Shown here in pieces: positions 37,020 through 46,620 of a DNA stretch of 64,000 nt. Made by a program: the position numbers and the translations under genes. Source of the DNA: an uncultured Candidatus Saccharibacteria bacterium (GTDB lineage Bacteria; Patescibacteriota; Minisyncoccia; Phycocordibacterales; UBA9973); NCBI GenBank assembly GCA_964596395.1, contig CAZQSY010000005.1, positions 1,628 to 65,627 of the forward strand. Direction: 5' to 3'. The notes beneath the pieces are model-generated. The model was not told the origin of the DNA and ran no database searches. It worked only from the letters and a program-made list of their open reading frames with translations. How positions within the stretch are numbered: the stretch's first letter is position 1; each line of letters opens with the position of its first letter.

Positions 37020-38336
37020 ATGAAAAAAACAAAATCAAACAGCGCGGCAAAAGGAAAAAATCCGGTTTCACCGAAAGGCATGCGAGACCTTTTTGACGAC
37101 GAATATTACAATTTCCAGGGATTTTTTGAGAAGGCACAAGAAGTCGCGGTGTATTATGGCTTCAAACCGATTTCAACGCACATTTTGGAAAACGAAGACA
37201 TTTTTACCTCAAGCATCGGCGAAGGGACAGATATCGTGGATAAAGAAATGTACACCCTCAGAACAAAAGGCGGGGACCATCTGGCACTTCTGCCCGAACA
37301 CACCGCGCCCGTAGCGCGCGCTTACATAGAGCACGGCATGCAAAACATGCCCCAGCCGGTGATGCTCTACCATTACGGGCCGGTCTTCAGACACGACAAC
37401 CCGCAACGCGGGCGCTACCGCCAATTCTGGCAATTTGACGCTGATGCCTTAGGTAGCGACAAGAGCATCATGGATGCCATGGTAATAAAAATGTGCATGA
37501 GTATCCTGGAAGAAGCCGGCTCGCAAAACCTGAGCGTAGAGATAAATTCAATCGGCGACAAGGAATGCCGAAACGCGTACATACGGGAACTCTCGGGCTA
37601 TTACCGCAAGCACATAAACGAACTCCCGCATATAGACAGAGAGCGCCTAAAGACAAACCCCCTGCGAATCTTGGATTCAAAAGAAGAAAAAACGCGCGCC
37701 ATAAACGAAAATGCCCCCGACTCGGTGAGCTTCTTGTGCCCGTCCTGCAAAAAACACTTCAAAGAAGTGCTCGAATACCTAGAGGAAATGAATATTCCCT
37801 ACAACATAAACAAGCTCCTGGTGCGCGGACTATCTTACTATACCCGCACCGTGTTTGAAATTCTGGAACAGGAAGGCACCGAAGAAGGCACGTCTCTGGC
37901 GCTCGCCGGCGGCGGAAGGTACGATTATCTGGCAAAACAAATCGGCGGGAAAAAAGACGTGCCGGGGGTGGGCTTTTCTATCGGCGTAGACCGGATTGTC
38001 TCAGCGCCCTGGTATAAAAAGCTCTCGCCGCGAATTCTGAAAAAGCCGAAAATTTATTTTATCCAGCTCGGCGGCGAAGCAAAACTAAAAAGTTTGAACA
38101 TAATCGAAATTCTGCGCAAAGCGCATATCCCGATTGCCCTGTCGCTCTCGAAAGACAGTTTGGGTTCCCAGCTGGCAATTGCAGAAAAATTGAATGTTCC
38201 CTACGCACTGATTTTCGGGGTCAAAGAAGCGCTAGAGGATTCAGTCATCGTGCGCAATATGGCCAACAGGTCGCAAGAGACCGTAAAACTCGCCAAGCTC
38301 CCCGAATATCTGAAAGAACTAAAACAAAATGGTTAA
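37020..38336 (+). CDS. hisS: Histidyl-tRNA synthetase
   Basis: PKGMRDLFDDEY (class II motif 1 region), YYHYGPVFRHDNPQRGRYRQFWQFDAD, GGGRYD, C-terminal anticodon-binding domain. Confidence 0.95.
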   Translation: MKKTKSNSAAKGKNPVSPKGMRDLFDDEYYNFQGFFEKAQEVAVYYGFKPISTHILENEDIFTSSIGEGTDIVDKEMYTLRTKGGDHLALLPEHTAPVARAYIEHGMQNMPQPVMLYHYGPVFRHDNPQRGRYRQFWQFDADALGSDKSIMDAMVIKMCMSILEEAGSQNLSVEINSIGDKECRNAYIRELSGYYRKHINELPHIDRERLKTNPLRILDSKEEKTRAINENAPDSVSFLCPSCKKHFKEVLEYLEEMNIPYNINKLLVRGLSYYTRTVFEILEQEGTEEGTSLALAGGGRYDYLAKQIGGKKDVPGVGFSIGVDRIVSAPWYKKLSPRILKKPKIYFIQLGGEAKLKSLNIIEILRKAHIPIALSLSKDSLGSQLAIAEKLNVPYALIFGVKEALEDSVIVRNMANRSQETVKLAKLPEYLKELKQNG

Positions 38337-38886
38337 GATCCTGCAAAGAGAAGAAGGGGTCTTGCGGATGGCTGCCGAAGAAATACCAACGGTAAAAATC
38401 AAAACGCTGAAAATTAAAAAAATTCTGAAAGAGATGTCGGCAGCCCTAGAAAGCCAGAGCGACGGTGTGGCTCTGGCCGCGCCGCAAATCGGCTACCCTC
38501 TTTCTATTTTTATAGTTTCCGGGAAAATTTTTGACAAAGATTTTTTGACCAACAGAAAAGAAAGATTTTCCGGCGAGAAAAAAGTAGACGACGTAAAAAA
38601 AGTAAAAAGCAAGGCAAAAGACTGGGTCTTTATCAACCCAAAAATCACCAAACTCTCAAAAGATAAAGAGTGGTTGCCGGAAGGGTGCCTATCTGTGCGG
38701 TGGCTTTACGGCATGACTTACCGTTCAAAAAAGGCGACTGTCTCAGCCTATGACGAGAACGGAAAAAAATTCCAACGCGGAGCGTCCGGCCTTCTGGCTC
38801 AAATTTTTCAGCACGAGACAGACCACTTGAAAGGCATCCTCTTCACCGACCACGCGAAAGATGTGAAAGAGGAACTACCCAAATAA
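38329..38886 (+). CDS. def: Peptide deformylase
   Basis: GVALAAPQIGYPLSIF, EGCLSV, HETDHLKGILF metal-binding motifs. Confidence 0.85.
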   Translation: MVKILQREEGVLRMAAEEIPTVKIKTLKIKKILKEMSAALESQSDGVALAAPQIGYPLSIFIVSGKIFDKDFLTNRKERFSGEKKVDDVKKVKSKAKDWVFINPKITKLSKDKEWLPEGCLSVRWLYGMTYRSKKATVSAYDENGKKFQRGASGLLAQIFQHETDHLKGILFTDHAKDVKEELPK

Positions 38887-39183
38887 CTACTTTTTTACTT
38901 TCACCAACGCTTCAACAATTTTCGCTATATCCGCAACTGCCAGAGAAGCAGCATTCTCCAACGGTGAATTCGCTTCGGGTTTTGCAATCATAATAAGCTT
39001 GTATCTATCTAAAATTAGTCCAAACAGACGATTAATTGATGTCGGGTGTTTTTGAACAAAATCAGCCGCCTCTTCAAAAAGATTTTTAGGCCTGGATTCA
39101 GTTTCAGTGGTTGTTATTTTTTGAAGTAAATTTTGAATCAAACCTTCAACATTTACTACTTGTGCAGACTCATTTAATTTCAT
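38887..39183 (-). CDS. hypothetical protein (antisense insertion between def and fmt)
   Basis: 98-aa ORF, no family recognised. It interrupts the usual def-fmt adjacency. Confidence 0.3.
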   Translation of the reverse strand: MKLNESAQVVNVEGLIQNLLQKITTTETESRPKNLFEEAADFVQKHPTSINRLFGLILDRYKLIMIAKPEANSPLENAASLAVADIAKIVEALVKVKK

Positions 39184-39236
39184 GTTAAAATTTTATCTTG
39201 TAAAAAAGGCAGAACAACTATAAAATATATAATATC

Positions 39237-40142
39237 ATGGAAAAACTAATCAATACAAGCAGAAGGCTAACCTTTGCATTTTGGGGAACGCCGAAGATAG
39301 CGAGCGAAACTTTAGAAATTCTGAAAGAAAGCGGTTTTTTGCCGTCGCTCATAATTACTTCGCCCGACAGGCCGCAGGGGCGGAAAATGACCGTAACCCC
39401 CCCGCCGGTAAAAGTTTGGGCGGTGGAAAATAACATTCCATATCTGCAGCCGGAGAACTTCATGTCAAGGACGGTCCTTGACACTTTGTCAAAGGGCACC
39501 TTTGACATATCTGTTGTTGTTGCTTACGGAAAGATAATTCCGGAGGAAATTTTAGACATGCCAAAATTTGGCTCAATAAACGTGCACTATTCCCTGCTCC
39601 CAAAATACCGCGGGGCCTCGCCTGTCGAATCTGCAGTATTAAATGGTGAAACAGAAACTGGCGTAAGTATTCAGAAGATGGAATACAAGATGGATACCGG
39701 CCCGATTCTGGCCGCAGAAAAAACGGAAATTGGCAAAGACGAAAAAGCGCCGGAGCTTAAAAAACGCCTGACAAAAATCGGCGGAGAATTGTTAATAAAG
39801 TTATTGAATACCACCCCCACCCTTGATAAGGAGGGGGGCTGGGAAGGGGTCAAACAAGACGAATCCCAAGCCACTTACTGCAAAAAAATAAAAAAAGAAG
39901 ACGGACTAGTGAATCTGGAAGCTGAACTCCCAATTACGCTGTACAACAAATTCCGCGCCTACGCCGAGTGGCCCAGGATTTTCTTTTTCAGATGGCACCT
40001 GCCTGCCGGCAGGCAGGAAAGAGTAATCATTACCGATGCTTCGCTTGAGGACGGAAAATTCGCAATCAAAAAAGTTTTACCCGAGGGCAGAAAAGAAATA
40101 ACCTGGGAAGAATTCAAGAAAAACTATTCTAATATTCTATAG
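39237..40142 (+). CDS. fmt: Methionyl-tRNA formyltransferase
   Basis: FWGTPKIASETLE, INVHYSLLPKYRGASPVESAVLNGETETGVSI, C-terminal Fmt domain. Confidence 0.9.
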   Translation: MEKLINTSRRLTFAFWGTPKIASETLEILKESGFLPSLIITSPDRPQGRKMTVTPPPVKVWAVENNIPYLQPENFMSRTVLDTLSKGTFDISVVVAYGKIIPEEILDMPKFGSINVHYSLLPKYRGASPVESAVLNGETETGVSIQKMEYKMDTGPILAAEKTEIGKDEKAPELKKRLTKIGGELLIKLLNTTPTLDKEGGWEGVKQDESQATYCKKIKKEDGLVNLEAELPITLYNKFRAYAEWPRIFFFRWHLPAGRQERVIITDASLEDGKFAIKKVLPEGRKEITWEEFKKNYSNIL

Positions 40143-40162
40143 AATTGTAGAATAGATTGTTT

Positions 40163-40561
40163 TTAGTATTTCGAAGTGAACGGGTTGCGGTCAGAAAGAC
40201 CCTTTAGCATCTTTTTCACGCTCCGCGCGCCACGGATAAATAAAGTATTGCCGCGCTCTTTGTTCCTTCTAATCTCTTCGTACAGATTCTCCCTTATCTC
40301 GTCTATGGCTGCGTATAAATCTTCTTTGTCTGAGCTAGAATAAAATTCTTCGCCGTTCACCGTTATGTGGCAATCAGTATGAAACACAGCCCCCGATTTG
40401 TGGTGCTGGGTATTTTTACCTACTTCAAAAAGTATCACTACCTCCCCACCTTTTTCTTCCATAGATGAAAGCAGTTTTTCTAAATTGGTCACCCTCTTGT
40501 GAACGTAATCCTTGATTTCCGGTGTAAGTTCTAAATTTTTTGTCTGTAAATTAATTTTCAT
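40163..40561 (-). CDS. hpf: Ribosome hibernation promoting factor / RaiA family
   Basis: MKINLQTKNLELTPEIKDYVHKRVTNLEKL is a typical HPF/YfiA N-terminus. The longer ORF-track N-terminus (to 40711) overlaps the upstream gene and looks spurious. Confidence 0.7.
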   Translation of the reverse strand: MKINLQTKNLELTPEIKDYVHKRVTNLEKLLSSMEEKGGEVVILFEVGKNTQHHKSGAVFHTDCHITVNGEEFYSSSDKEDLYAAIDEIRENLYEEIRRNKERGNTLFIRGARSVKKMLKGLSDRNPFTSKY

Positions 40562-40584
40562 AAGCCGCATTATACCACATAAAT

Positions 40585-42516
40585 TTATAATTTCGTGCCG
40601 TGAACAAGCGTCTTTAAAAGTATCTCTAGCTCTATGGTGGCCACACCCACCACCCTGTCCCCGCCGCCGTAATAAATGTAAAGCTGTTTTCCTTTTTGAA
40701 TCATCCCGCAAGGGAAAACCACGTTATTCACAATGCCGATTTTTTCATACTGTTCTTCTGGTTCCAAAATCGGTTCGGTGCTTCGGGCAAGAACTATTGC
40801 CGGGTCCTTTAAATCAAGCAAGACACAGCCGATACGGTAGGTGCTGTGACTTTTAGAAACCCCGTGATAAAGCATTAGCCATCCGTACTTTGTTTTGATA
40901 GGCACCGAAGAAAGACCGACCTTTGCGCTATCCCAAGTATTCACGCGCGGCCCTAAGATGCTTATGCATTTGCGAGCAACCGCTTTTTTCGGGTCAAGTG
41001 AAGGAAAATAATCCCCGCATATTTCGCCCCCGATGCGGTGCAGGAAAAAATATCCTTTTGAAAACTTTTCCGGAAGAATGCACGCGTCTTTGTCGTCGAC
41101 ACCTTCCGGCGTAGCCAGGAATGGCTTCTCCCAGTTCCATTTTTGAGCAAGAAAATCTTTTTCGGCAATTGAAGAAATTGCCACTCGCGGCGGACCCGCG
41201 CCGTCAAAAGCCGTGTAGCACATATAAATCCTGTTGCCGATTTTTGAAAGCCGCGGGTCTTCACAGCCGGAATTTCCCCCGGCACTTTTCTTGTTCTCAA
41301 AATCCTCGCGGGGCGCGTATACCGGTCGGGCAGACCTCTCTAATATATCACTCCCATTCTTCGTCATGGCATACCCCAGTACAGAAGTATTATCTTCCCC
41401 CATCGCGCGATAAAGCAGGTGAATCTTGCCCCCGAGCGCAATGGCCGCCGGATTTAAAACCGCCTTCGATTCCCAGTTGTTTTCTTTCATCGGCGACAAA
41501 ATCGGGTTTTTGAGCGAGCGTTTAAATTTAAAACGCTCTTTGCGTCCGAAATGGATGCTTTGCGCGAAATCGTCAAGATTTACCCGCGCCAGGCAAGAAG
41601 TAGTGTCGGCCGCGCCATAATACACGTTCAAGATGTTTTTAGCTATTAGCGCGCCGGAAGGGAAAACTATGTTCGGCACATAACCAGACCTCTCGTAAAG
41701 CTCTTCGGGCACGAGCATCGGCCCGGTGGTACGGCCTGTTATCTTTCTCGGGTCTTTGCGGTCGAGCAAGAGCGCTTCCACACCGAATATTTTGTCCAAG
41801 CCGTGCGGGTTCGGATAATAATTTTGGATGTGAGAATAAACAACAAGCCAGCCGTATTTTGTCTTGAGGGGCGGTGCGCCGACTTCTATCTGGTCATACT
41901 CGGTGCGCCTCAAGTCAAGAGTGTAGTCGTCTATCTTTTCTTCCCACTTTCGCCAAAAACTTTCAGACCATAAATCTTCTATCTTGTCAAGCATGACAAA
42001 GCAGGTGCGCGCCGGCGGAGTGTCGGTATGAAAGGAAAAAAGCGCTACAATCTTGCCGTTCACCCGCTCGGGGAAAAGCGCCATTGCTTTGGCATTGAAG
42101 GGCGTTACGAGATGCCTTTCAGATACTTTCACGAGGTCCTTTGAAACAGCCACGGCCACCCGTATACCTTCCGGCGAAAAAGGGTATCTGGAAAGGGCGG
42201 TGTAAAAAATATAGTATTTTCCTTCAAAGAAGGTAACCCTCGGGTCCTCGCAGCCATACTTTTCCCATTCTGCTTCGGGCGTAATAAAAGGACGCCGATT
42301 TTCAAAATGAATCCCGTCTCGCGACTCGCCCGCTCCTATCACCGAAATTTGTTTTTCCTCCTCCAGCGCGTCCCGTGCGGAAATCGCCCGATACAGGCCG
42401 ATTATTTTTCTGCCCTTTCTCGCCGGACAAAGATTGAAGGCGGCGAACGCCTCCCAGTAATGATTTTTATCCGGGACAAGTATCGGATTGTGTTCTGACC
42501 TTTTTACGACAAACAT
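40585..42516 (-). CDS. GH130-family glycoside hydrolase/phosphorylase-like protein with two tandem GH130 modules
   Basis: Each half has NPIL.P..WE..A.FN....G....LYRA....S.IG.A.S.DG..F plus GCEDPR(V/L). Confidence 0.6.
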   Translation of the reverse strand: MFVVKRSEHNPILVPDKNHYWEAFAAFNLCPARKGRKIIGLYRAISARDALEEEKQISVIGAGESRDGIHFENRRPFITPEAEWEKYGCEDPRVTFFEGKYYIFYTALSRYPFSPEGIRVAVAVSKDLVKVSERHLVTPFNAKAMALFPERVNGKIVALFSFHTDTPPARTCFVMLDKIEDLWSESFWRKWEEKIDDYTLDLRRTEYDQIEVGAPPLKTKYGWLVVYSHIQNYYPNPHGLDKIFGVEALLLDRKDPRKITGRTTGPMLVPEELYERSGYVPNIVFPSGALIAKNILNVYYGAADTTSCLARVNLDDFAQSIHFGRKERFKFKRSLKNPILSPMKENNWESKAVLNPAAIALGGKIHLLYRAMGEDNTSVLGYAMTKNGSDILERSARPVYAPREDFENKKSAGGNSGCEDPRLSKIGNRIYMCYTAFDGAGPPRVAISSIAEKDFLAQKWNWEKPFLATPEGVDDKDACILPEKFSKGYFFLHRIGGEICGDYFPSLDPKKAVARKCISILGPRVNTWDSAKVGLSSVPIKTKYGWLMLYHGVSKSHSTYRIGCVLLDLKDPAIVLARSTEPILEPEEQYEKIGIVNNVVFPCGMIQKGKQLYIYYGGGDRVVGVATIELEILLKTLVHGTKL

Positions 42517-42521
42517 GCGGA

Positions 42522-43748
42522 TTATTCAGATTCTACCATCAAAACCTTTTTTTTCTCCATCTTTACTGCTCCGTCTCTCTTCATACTCTCGAGTAAAAGA
42601 GAAAGCTCTATGGTAGCGACATTTATGCGCTTATCTCCTCCACCGTAATACACCAAGAGCTTGCCGTCCCTTACCACCGCTCCGCTCGCGTAAATGATAC
42701 CCCTTTTCCAATCATTCTCGTACCATTCGTCCGGCTCGAGTATCGGGTGCTCTGCGCGATACAAAACTTTTTCAGGATTCTTCAAGTCAAGGAGCATCGC
42801 CCCGAGCTTGTAGCGTCCGTCGCCGTTTTTATCCATCGCGTGATATAAAAGAAGCCATCCGTCTTTTGTCTTAATCGGCGGAGCCGCAGCGCTCCTAGTT
42901 CGCTTGTGCCAGGCTACAACATGGTCAGGTAGAGTGTGTGGGTCGGGGGCACCGGTCTGTCTAGTTGGCATTTCCGCCCAATCAAACCTGTTCGCGTAAG
43001 CAATACCCACCCGCGAAGGGTCGCCTAAATCCAAATTACAGAACACCGCGAACTTTCCGTTTATTTTTTCCGGGAACAAGACCCAATTCTTCTGCCGATC
43101 CCCGGGGTGTGAAAGATACGAAAAATTTATCCATGACCATTTTTTATTCAGCAAGTCTTTTTCTTTGATTGAAACCACCGCCACCCGCATTGAATGCCAC
43201 CCGTTAAACATATTGAAAGTCATGTATATGTAGCCGTCATCCATCAAAACTGCGCGCGGGTCTTCACAGCCGCCCCATCCGCCACCCGAAGAGTAAAGAG
43301 CCCTGTCGTATTCGGGGCGGGCCGGCGAAGTGTACGGCCAATGCTTTTCCAGTTTTTCCACATCTTCGACGAAGTACACCGGCCAGAGTAGCCGCTCGTC
43401 AAAATTTATTCCGTCCTTGCTCGAAGTGTAACCGATGCGAGAAATACCATCTTCTCCTAAAGCGCGATAAAAAAGATGCACGCGCCCGTTTAAAACAATG
43501 GCCGCCGGATTGAAAACCGCCTGCGATTCCCAAAAATACGGGCGCGGACCGATAATCGGATTGCGCGGGGAACGCCTAAGCTTTAAAACCTTGACTGCTT
43601 TTTTCCGGCCTTTGACGGATGTACTGCGAAGCTTTTTTTTAAGCGGCATTTTTTTCGTCTTGACGCCTGTTTTAACCTTTATTTTTATGGGTTTTTTGGG
43701 TTTCTTAAGAATCTCTTTTTTCTTCGTTTTTTTCGGCAATCCTTTCAT
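42522..43748 (-). CDS. GH130-family protein with Lys-rich N-terminal extension
   Basis: RNPIIGPRPYFWESQAVFNPAAIVLNGRVHLFYRALGEDGISRIGYTSSKDGINF...GCEDPR, preceded by ~55 aa of K-rich sequence. Confidence 0.55.
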   Translation of the reverse strand: MKGLPKKTKKKEILKKPKKPIKIKVKTGVKTKKMPLKKKLRSTSVKGRKKAVKVLKLRRSPRNPIIGPRPYFWESQAVFNPAAIVLNGRVHLFYRALGEDGISRIGYTSSKDGINFDERLLWPVYFVEDVEKLEKHWPYTSPARPEYDRALYSSGGGWGGCEDPRAVLMDDGYIYMTFNMFNGWHSMRVAVVSIKEKDLLNKKWSWINFSYLSHPGDRQKNWVLFPEKINGKFAVFCNLDLGDPSRVGIAYANRFDWAEMPTRQTGAPDPHTLPDHVVAWHKRTRSAAAPPIKTKDGWLLLYHAMDKNGDGRYKLGAMLLDLKNPEKVLYRAEHPILEPDEWYENDWKRGIIYASGAVVRDGKLLVYYGGGDKRINVATIELSLLLESMKRDGAVKMEKKKVLMVESE

Positions 43749-43798
43749 GAGAATGTAAAAATATCAAATATTATTATACTCCTCAACAGAACGGTCTG

Positions 43799-45562
43799 CT
43801 AATACACCTCCTGTTGATAACATTTCTCGCAATAAACTATTTCGGGTCTTTCTGGGGAATATCCCGTTTTAAACCTTTCACCGCAAGGATTATTCCCGTG
43901 CAGATGCGCGGTAGTGTTTTGATATTTGCCGGCAATATCGCCTCTGCCCGCGCACATACAAGACCTTTCATACAAGGCGACATTAAGGCGGTCAGAAAGG
44001 CGGCGCTCTAGGCGACAGTCGCTGCACATGCGCGGTATCGGAATTTTTTCATTGCGCAAAAAGTTAAACTCGTTTATTAAAATTCGGTATGGTTTTTTGC
44101 ACTTTTCGCATTCAATAACCTCTTTTGTAAATTCTTCGGAAACGTTTTCTATTGAATCAGGCAATTCAGAAGATTTTTGGGTTATTTCATATTCACCCCT
44201 TTCAACTTCCGTCCATGGATAGCCTTTTTCCAGCGCCTCTTCTTTAGCAAGCGGGAAATGCTGCATGGCAATAGTATTGTTGTACCCAAAAGGAGAAAAT
44301 TCAGCAGGGAAAAACTCGCCGTACTTGTATACTATCCCCTGCTTATCTGTGTAAGGAATTTTGTCCATCTGTTTTTTGATTTTCATCACAAGCGCTTCGT
44401 AATCTTCCTTTGAATACTGTTGGTTGAAAACACAGTGTTCTTTTTTCTTGAGACCCACACACCCGAAACAATTTACAGAACTGAACATATCCATGCAGTA
44501 CTCAAGTCCCCGATTGGTCGGCCAGCAGTTTGAGCAAAATTTAAGATTGTAGGAGTGCTCTCCGCAAACTATTGATTCATAATCCATCTCCATATGTTCG
44601 CCCCAGAAACACGAATCATAGCAGTCTTTGTTCCCCGGCACCTGCATGTACTGGCAGTAACGCAGATTTTCGCTCTCTCTCACTAAGTAACTGTCGTTAA
44701 CGTTTTTGCAATTGGTCACGTACGAACCAGTAGAATTCAGATTTTGCAAACCTTGGTGATTCTTATTCGGCCGGGTCAGCCAAAAAGCCCGTGCCGCCTC
44801 TCGTGCCTTTTGCAGACCAGAAAAAGTATACAATCTCATTTTCTCAATTTCTTTTTCATAGGTTTCCTGGGTGTACTGTTTATTAAAAATGCAGTAGGAA
44901 GATTTGCGCAACCCCATACAGCCAAAGCAATCGTTGCATCCTAAACAACTCCGGCAGAAATAAAGATTAAAAGAGTCCTTGCATATGGTTGAAAAATAAC
45001 ATTGATAGCAATCTTCCAGCCAGAAACATTCATAACATCTCTCGGAATGGCTGATATGCGAAATATCCACGCAATCTTTGCAATAATCAACCGCGTTCCC
45101 GTACATGCAACTTTCGGAATTGTTTGAATTGAAGCAAAGATAACAATTTTTTAATGCAGTGGCGTTTCCAGAATACGGGCTTCCCACCATGAGCTTAACG
45201 TTCAGATTGTAAATCGGCACATCTTTGTAAAGCTCAAAAAACTGTTCAAAAAAGGGCCTTTCAAAATTGTATTCACGCCCGTAATCCAGCCCCTCCCAGC
45301 TGTCGCCGTGCCAATTTTCTTGGGAAACAATCTTTCTTCCGCTTTCCTCTGGAAAAAGGGAAAAAATATTTTCACCCGTAAAAGCGTCTTTCACCCTGAA
45401 AAGCTTGTATTGGTTTCTGTACACAAATCTTCTCTGTGCCCGGCACAAGGGGCAAAAGGTCGGCGGAGGGACTTTTATTTTTTCGTAAAAACTAAAATCC
45501 TCTGATTCAATCGTGAAATCTTTTTTACAATTCTGACAAATTTTCGTCTCGCTTTTTGTCAT
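43799..45562 (-). CDS. Cysteine-rich protein with terminal zinc-ribbon-like CxxC pairs
   Basis: 587 aa, about 45 Cys. N-terminal CQNCKK...FCPLCRAQRRF and C-terminal CEKCKK...MCSDCRLERRL zinc-ribbon-like pairs; internal repeated C-x2-C/C-x-C clusters. Confidence 0.5.
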   Translation of the reverse strand: MTKSETKICQNCKKDFTIESEDFSFYEKIKVPPPTFCPLCRAQRRFVYRNQYKLFRVKDAFTGENIFSLFPEESGRKIVSQENWHGDSWEGLDYGREYNFERPFFEQFFELYKDVPIYNLNVKLMVGSPYSGNATALKNCYLCFNSNNSESCMYGNAVDYCKDCVDISHISHSERCYECFWLEDCYQCYFSTICKDSFNLYFCRSCLGCNDCFGCMGLRKSSYCIFNKQYTQETYEKEIEKMRLYTFSGLQKAREAARAFWLTRPNKNHQGLQNLNSTGSYVTNCKNVNDSYLVRESENLRYCQYMQVPGNKDCYDSCFWGEHMEMDYESIVCGEHSYNLKFCSNCWPTNRGLEYCMDMFSSVNCFGCVGLKKKEHCVFNQQYSKEDYEALVMKIKKQMDKIPYTDKQGIVYKYGEFFPAEFSPFGYNNTIAMQHFPLAKEEALEKGYPWTEVERGEYEITQKSSELPDSIENVSEEFTKEVIECEKCKKPYRILINEFNFLRNEKIPIPRMCSDCRLERRLSDRLNVALYERSCMCAGRGDIAGKYQNTTAHLHGNNPCGERFKTGYSPERPEIVYCEKCYQQEVY

Positions 45563-45644
45563 TTTAATATTTTGCAGAATGTTATAATGTTCTTGTTCTA
45601 ATATTCTATAGAATTCTAGAATACTTTATAATCATAAAGAATTT

Positions 45645-45986
45645 TCACAACCCAAAATAAACCCTCAGAATTTTCTTGACTTGCCGGATATTCTCACCGT
45701 CCAACTCCCCTATTTTACCCAATACCACCGCCTTATCCAAAGTGGCAATTTTCGCGACTTTTATTACCGAGCTCACTTTTAACCCATTTTTCTTAAAGTT
45801 CTTTTTTTGGTCGCTCACAAGAACGTCAAGCGGTTGAACTTTCTTTTTAAAAACCGAAGAAACAAAGCAGACCGTGATATCTGCTCCCCCCTTCTGTGCT
45901 CCCAACACCAGCGCGGGACGGACTTTGTTGCCGCTCATATCGGTAAACGGGAAAGGCACCAAAACCAAATCCCCGAACTTAGGCAT
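45645..45986 (-). CDS. Type II toxin, PemK/MazF family
   Basis: FGDLVLVPFPFTDMSGNKVRPALVL is the canonical MazF/PemK N-terminal motif. Confidence 0.75.
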   Translation of the reverse strand: MPKFGDLVLVPFPFTDMSGNKVRPALVLGAQKGGADITVCFVSSVFKKKVQPLDVLVSDQKKNFKKNGLKVSSVIKVAKIATLDKAVVLGKIGELDGENIRQVKKILRVYFGL

Positions 45987-46260
45987 ATTTTTTCTTTATG
46001 TCTTTTTTTGAATAAATCTCCAGCTCGCTATCCAAAAAATCAAAACTGTTGGAATAGGCATTGATGTTGGTAATTTCCGAAACCCGGCCGTTCCAAAAAT
46101 GAGGATATGGAATAAGCACAACTTCCGGAATATTCCGGCGGCCTATTACCACCGGCGTGCGCTTTTCCCTTACAATATCCACCAAATCGCTTATTTTCTC
46201 CCTAGCTTCGGTTGTAGAAAGTGTTTTTATATTCATATCCTTATTGTACAAAATGTACAA
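45979..46260 (-). CDS. Type II antitoxin, Phd/YefM family
   Basis: TLSTTEAREKISDLVDIVREKRTPVVIGRRNIPEVVLIP resembles a YefM fold. The 8-bp overlap with the downstream toxin gene suggests an operon. Confidence 0.6.
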   Translation of the reverse strand: MYILYNKDMNIKTLSTTEAREKISDLVDIVREKRTPVVIGRRNIPEVVLIPYPHFWNGRVSEITNINAYSNSFDFLDSELEIYSKKDIKKKYA

Positions 46261-46301
46261 ATCAAAGGCAAATTCTAGAGTGGATAAGCTAATCTACAAA
46301 T

Positions 46302-46574
46302 CTAAAAACCAGAACGTTTTTTAGCCCACCACTTTTTCACAAAAGGCAGGGACTGCACAGACAGGAGGTAGCCGGCCGCCGGCACAAAGGCCTTAAGCCA
46401 CGGCAAGGTGTCTTCTATAACCACCAGCCATACCCCGGCCACTATATACGTCACAACCGCGATAAAAAGCTGCCTAGCCCAGCTTATCTCCCAGGCCTTG
46501 TCGGATTCAACTCTAAAATTCCTTTCCTTGATGATTTCTATTTCTTTTTCCAAATTTCTTATTCTTTCTTCCAT
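46302..46574 (-). CDS. small hypothetical membrane protein
   Basis: 90 aa, coiled-coil N-terminus and two hydrophobic helices. Confidence 0.3.
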   Translation of the reverse strand: MEERIRNLEKEIEIIKERNFRVESDKAWEISWARQLFIAVVTYIVAGVWLVVIEDTLPWLKAFVPAAGYLLSVQSLPFVKKWWAKKRSGF

Positions 46575-46620
46575 GTATAAATTATAGCAAAATAATGCTG
46601 CATTTTGTTATAATCCCTGT

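Noticed and set aside
40562-40711. 50-aa N-terminal extension of the hpf ORF (MRDDSKRKTALHLLRRRGQGGGCGHH...)
   Set aside because: It overlaps the 3' end of the upstream GH130 gene. The conserved HPF N-terminus MKINLQTK begins at the internal ATG (40561).
43600-43748. Lys-rich N-terminus of the 408-aa GH130 protein as a histone-like DNA-binding tail
   Set aside because: It may merely reflect an upstream start-codon choice in an A-rich region; internal ATGs exist. Reported only as a low-confidence observation.
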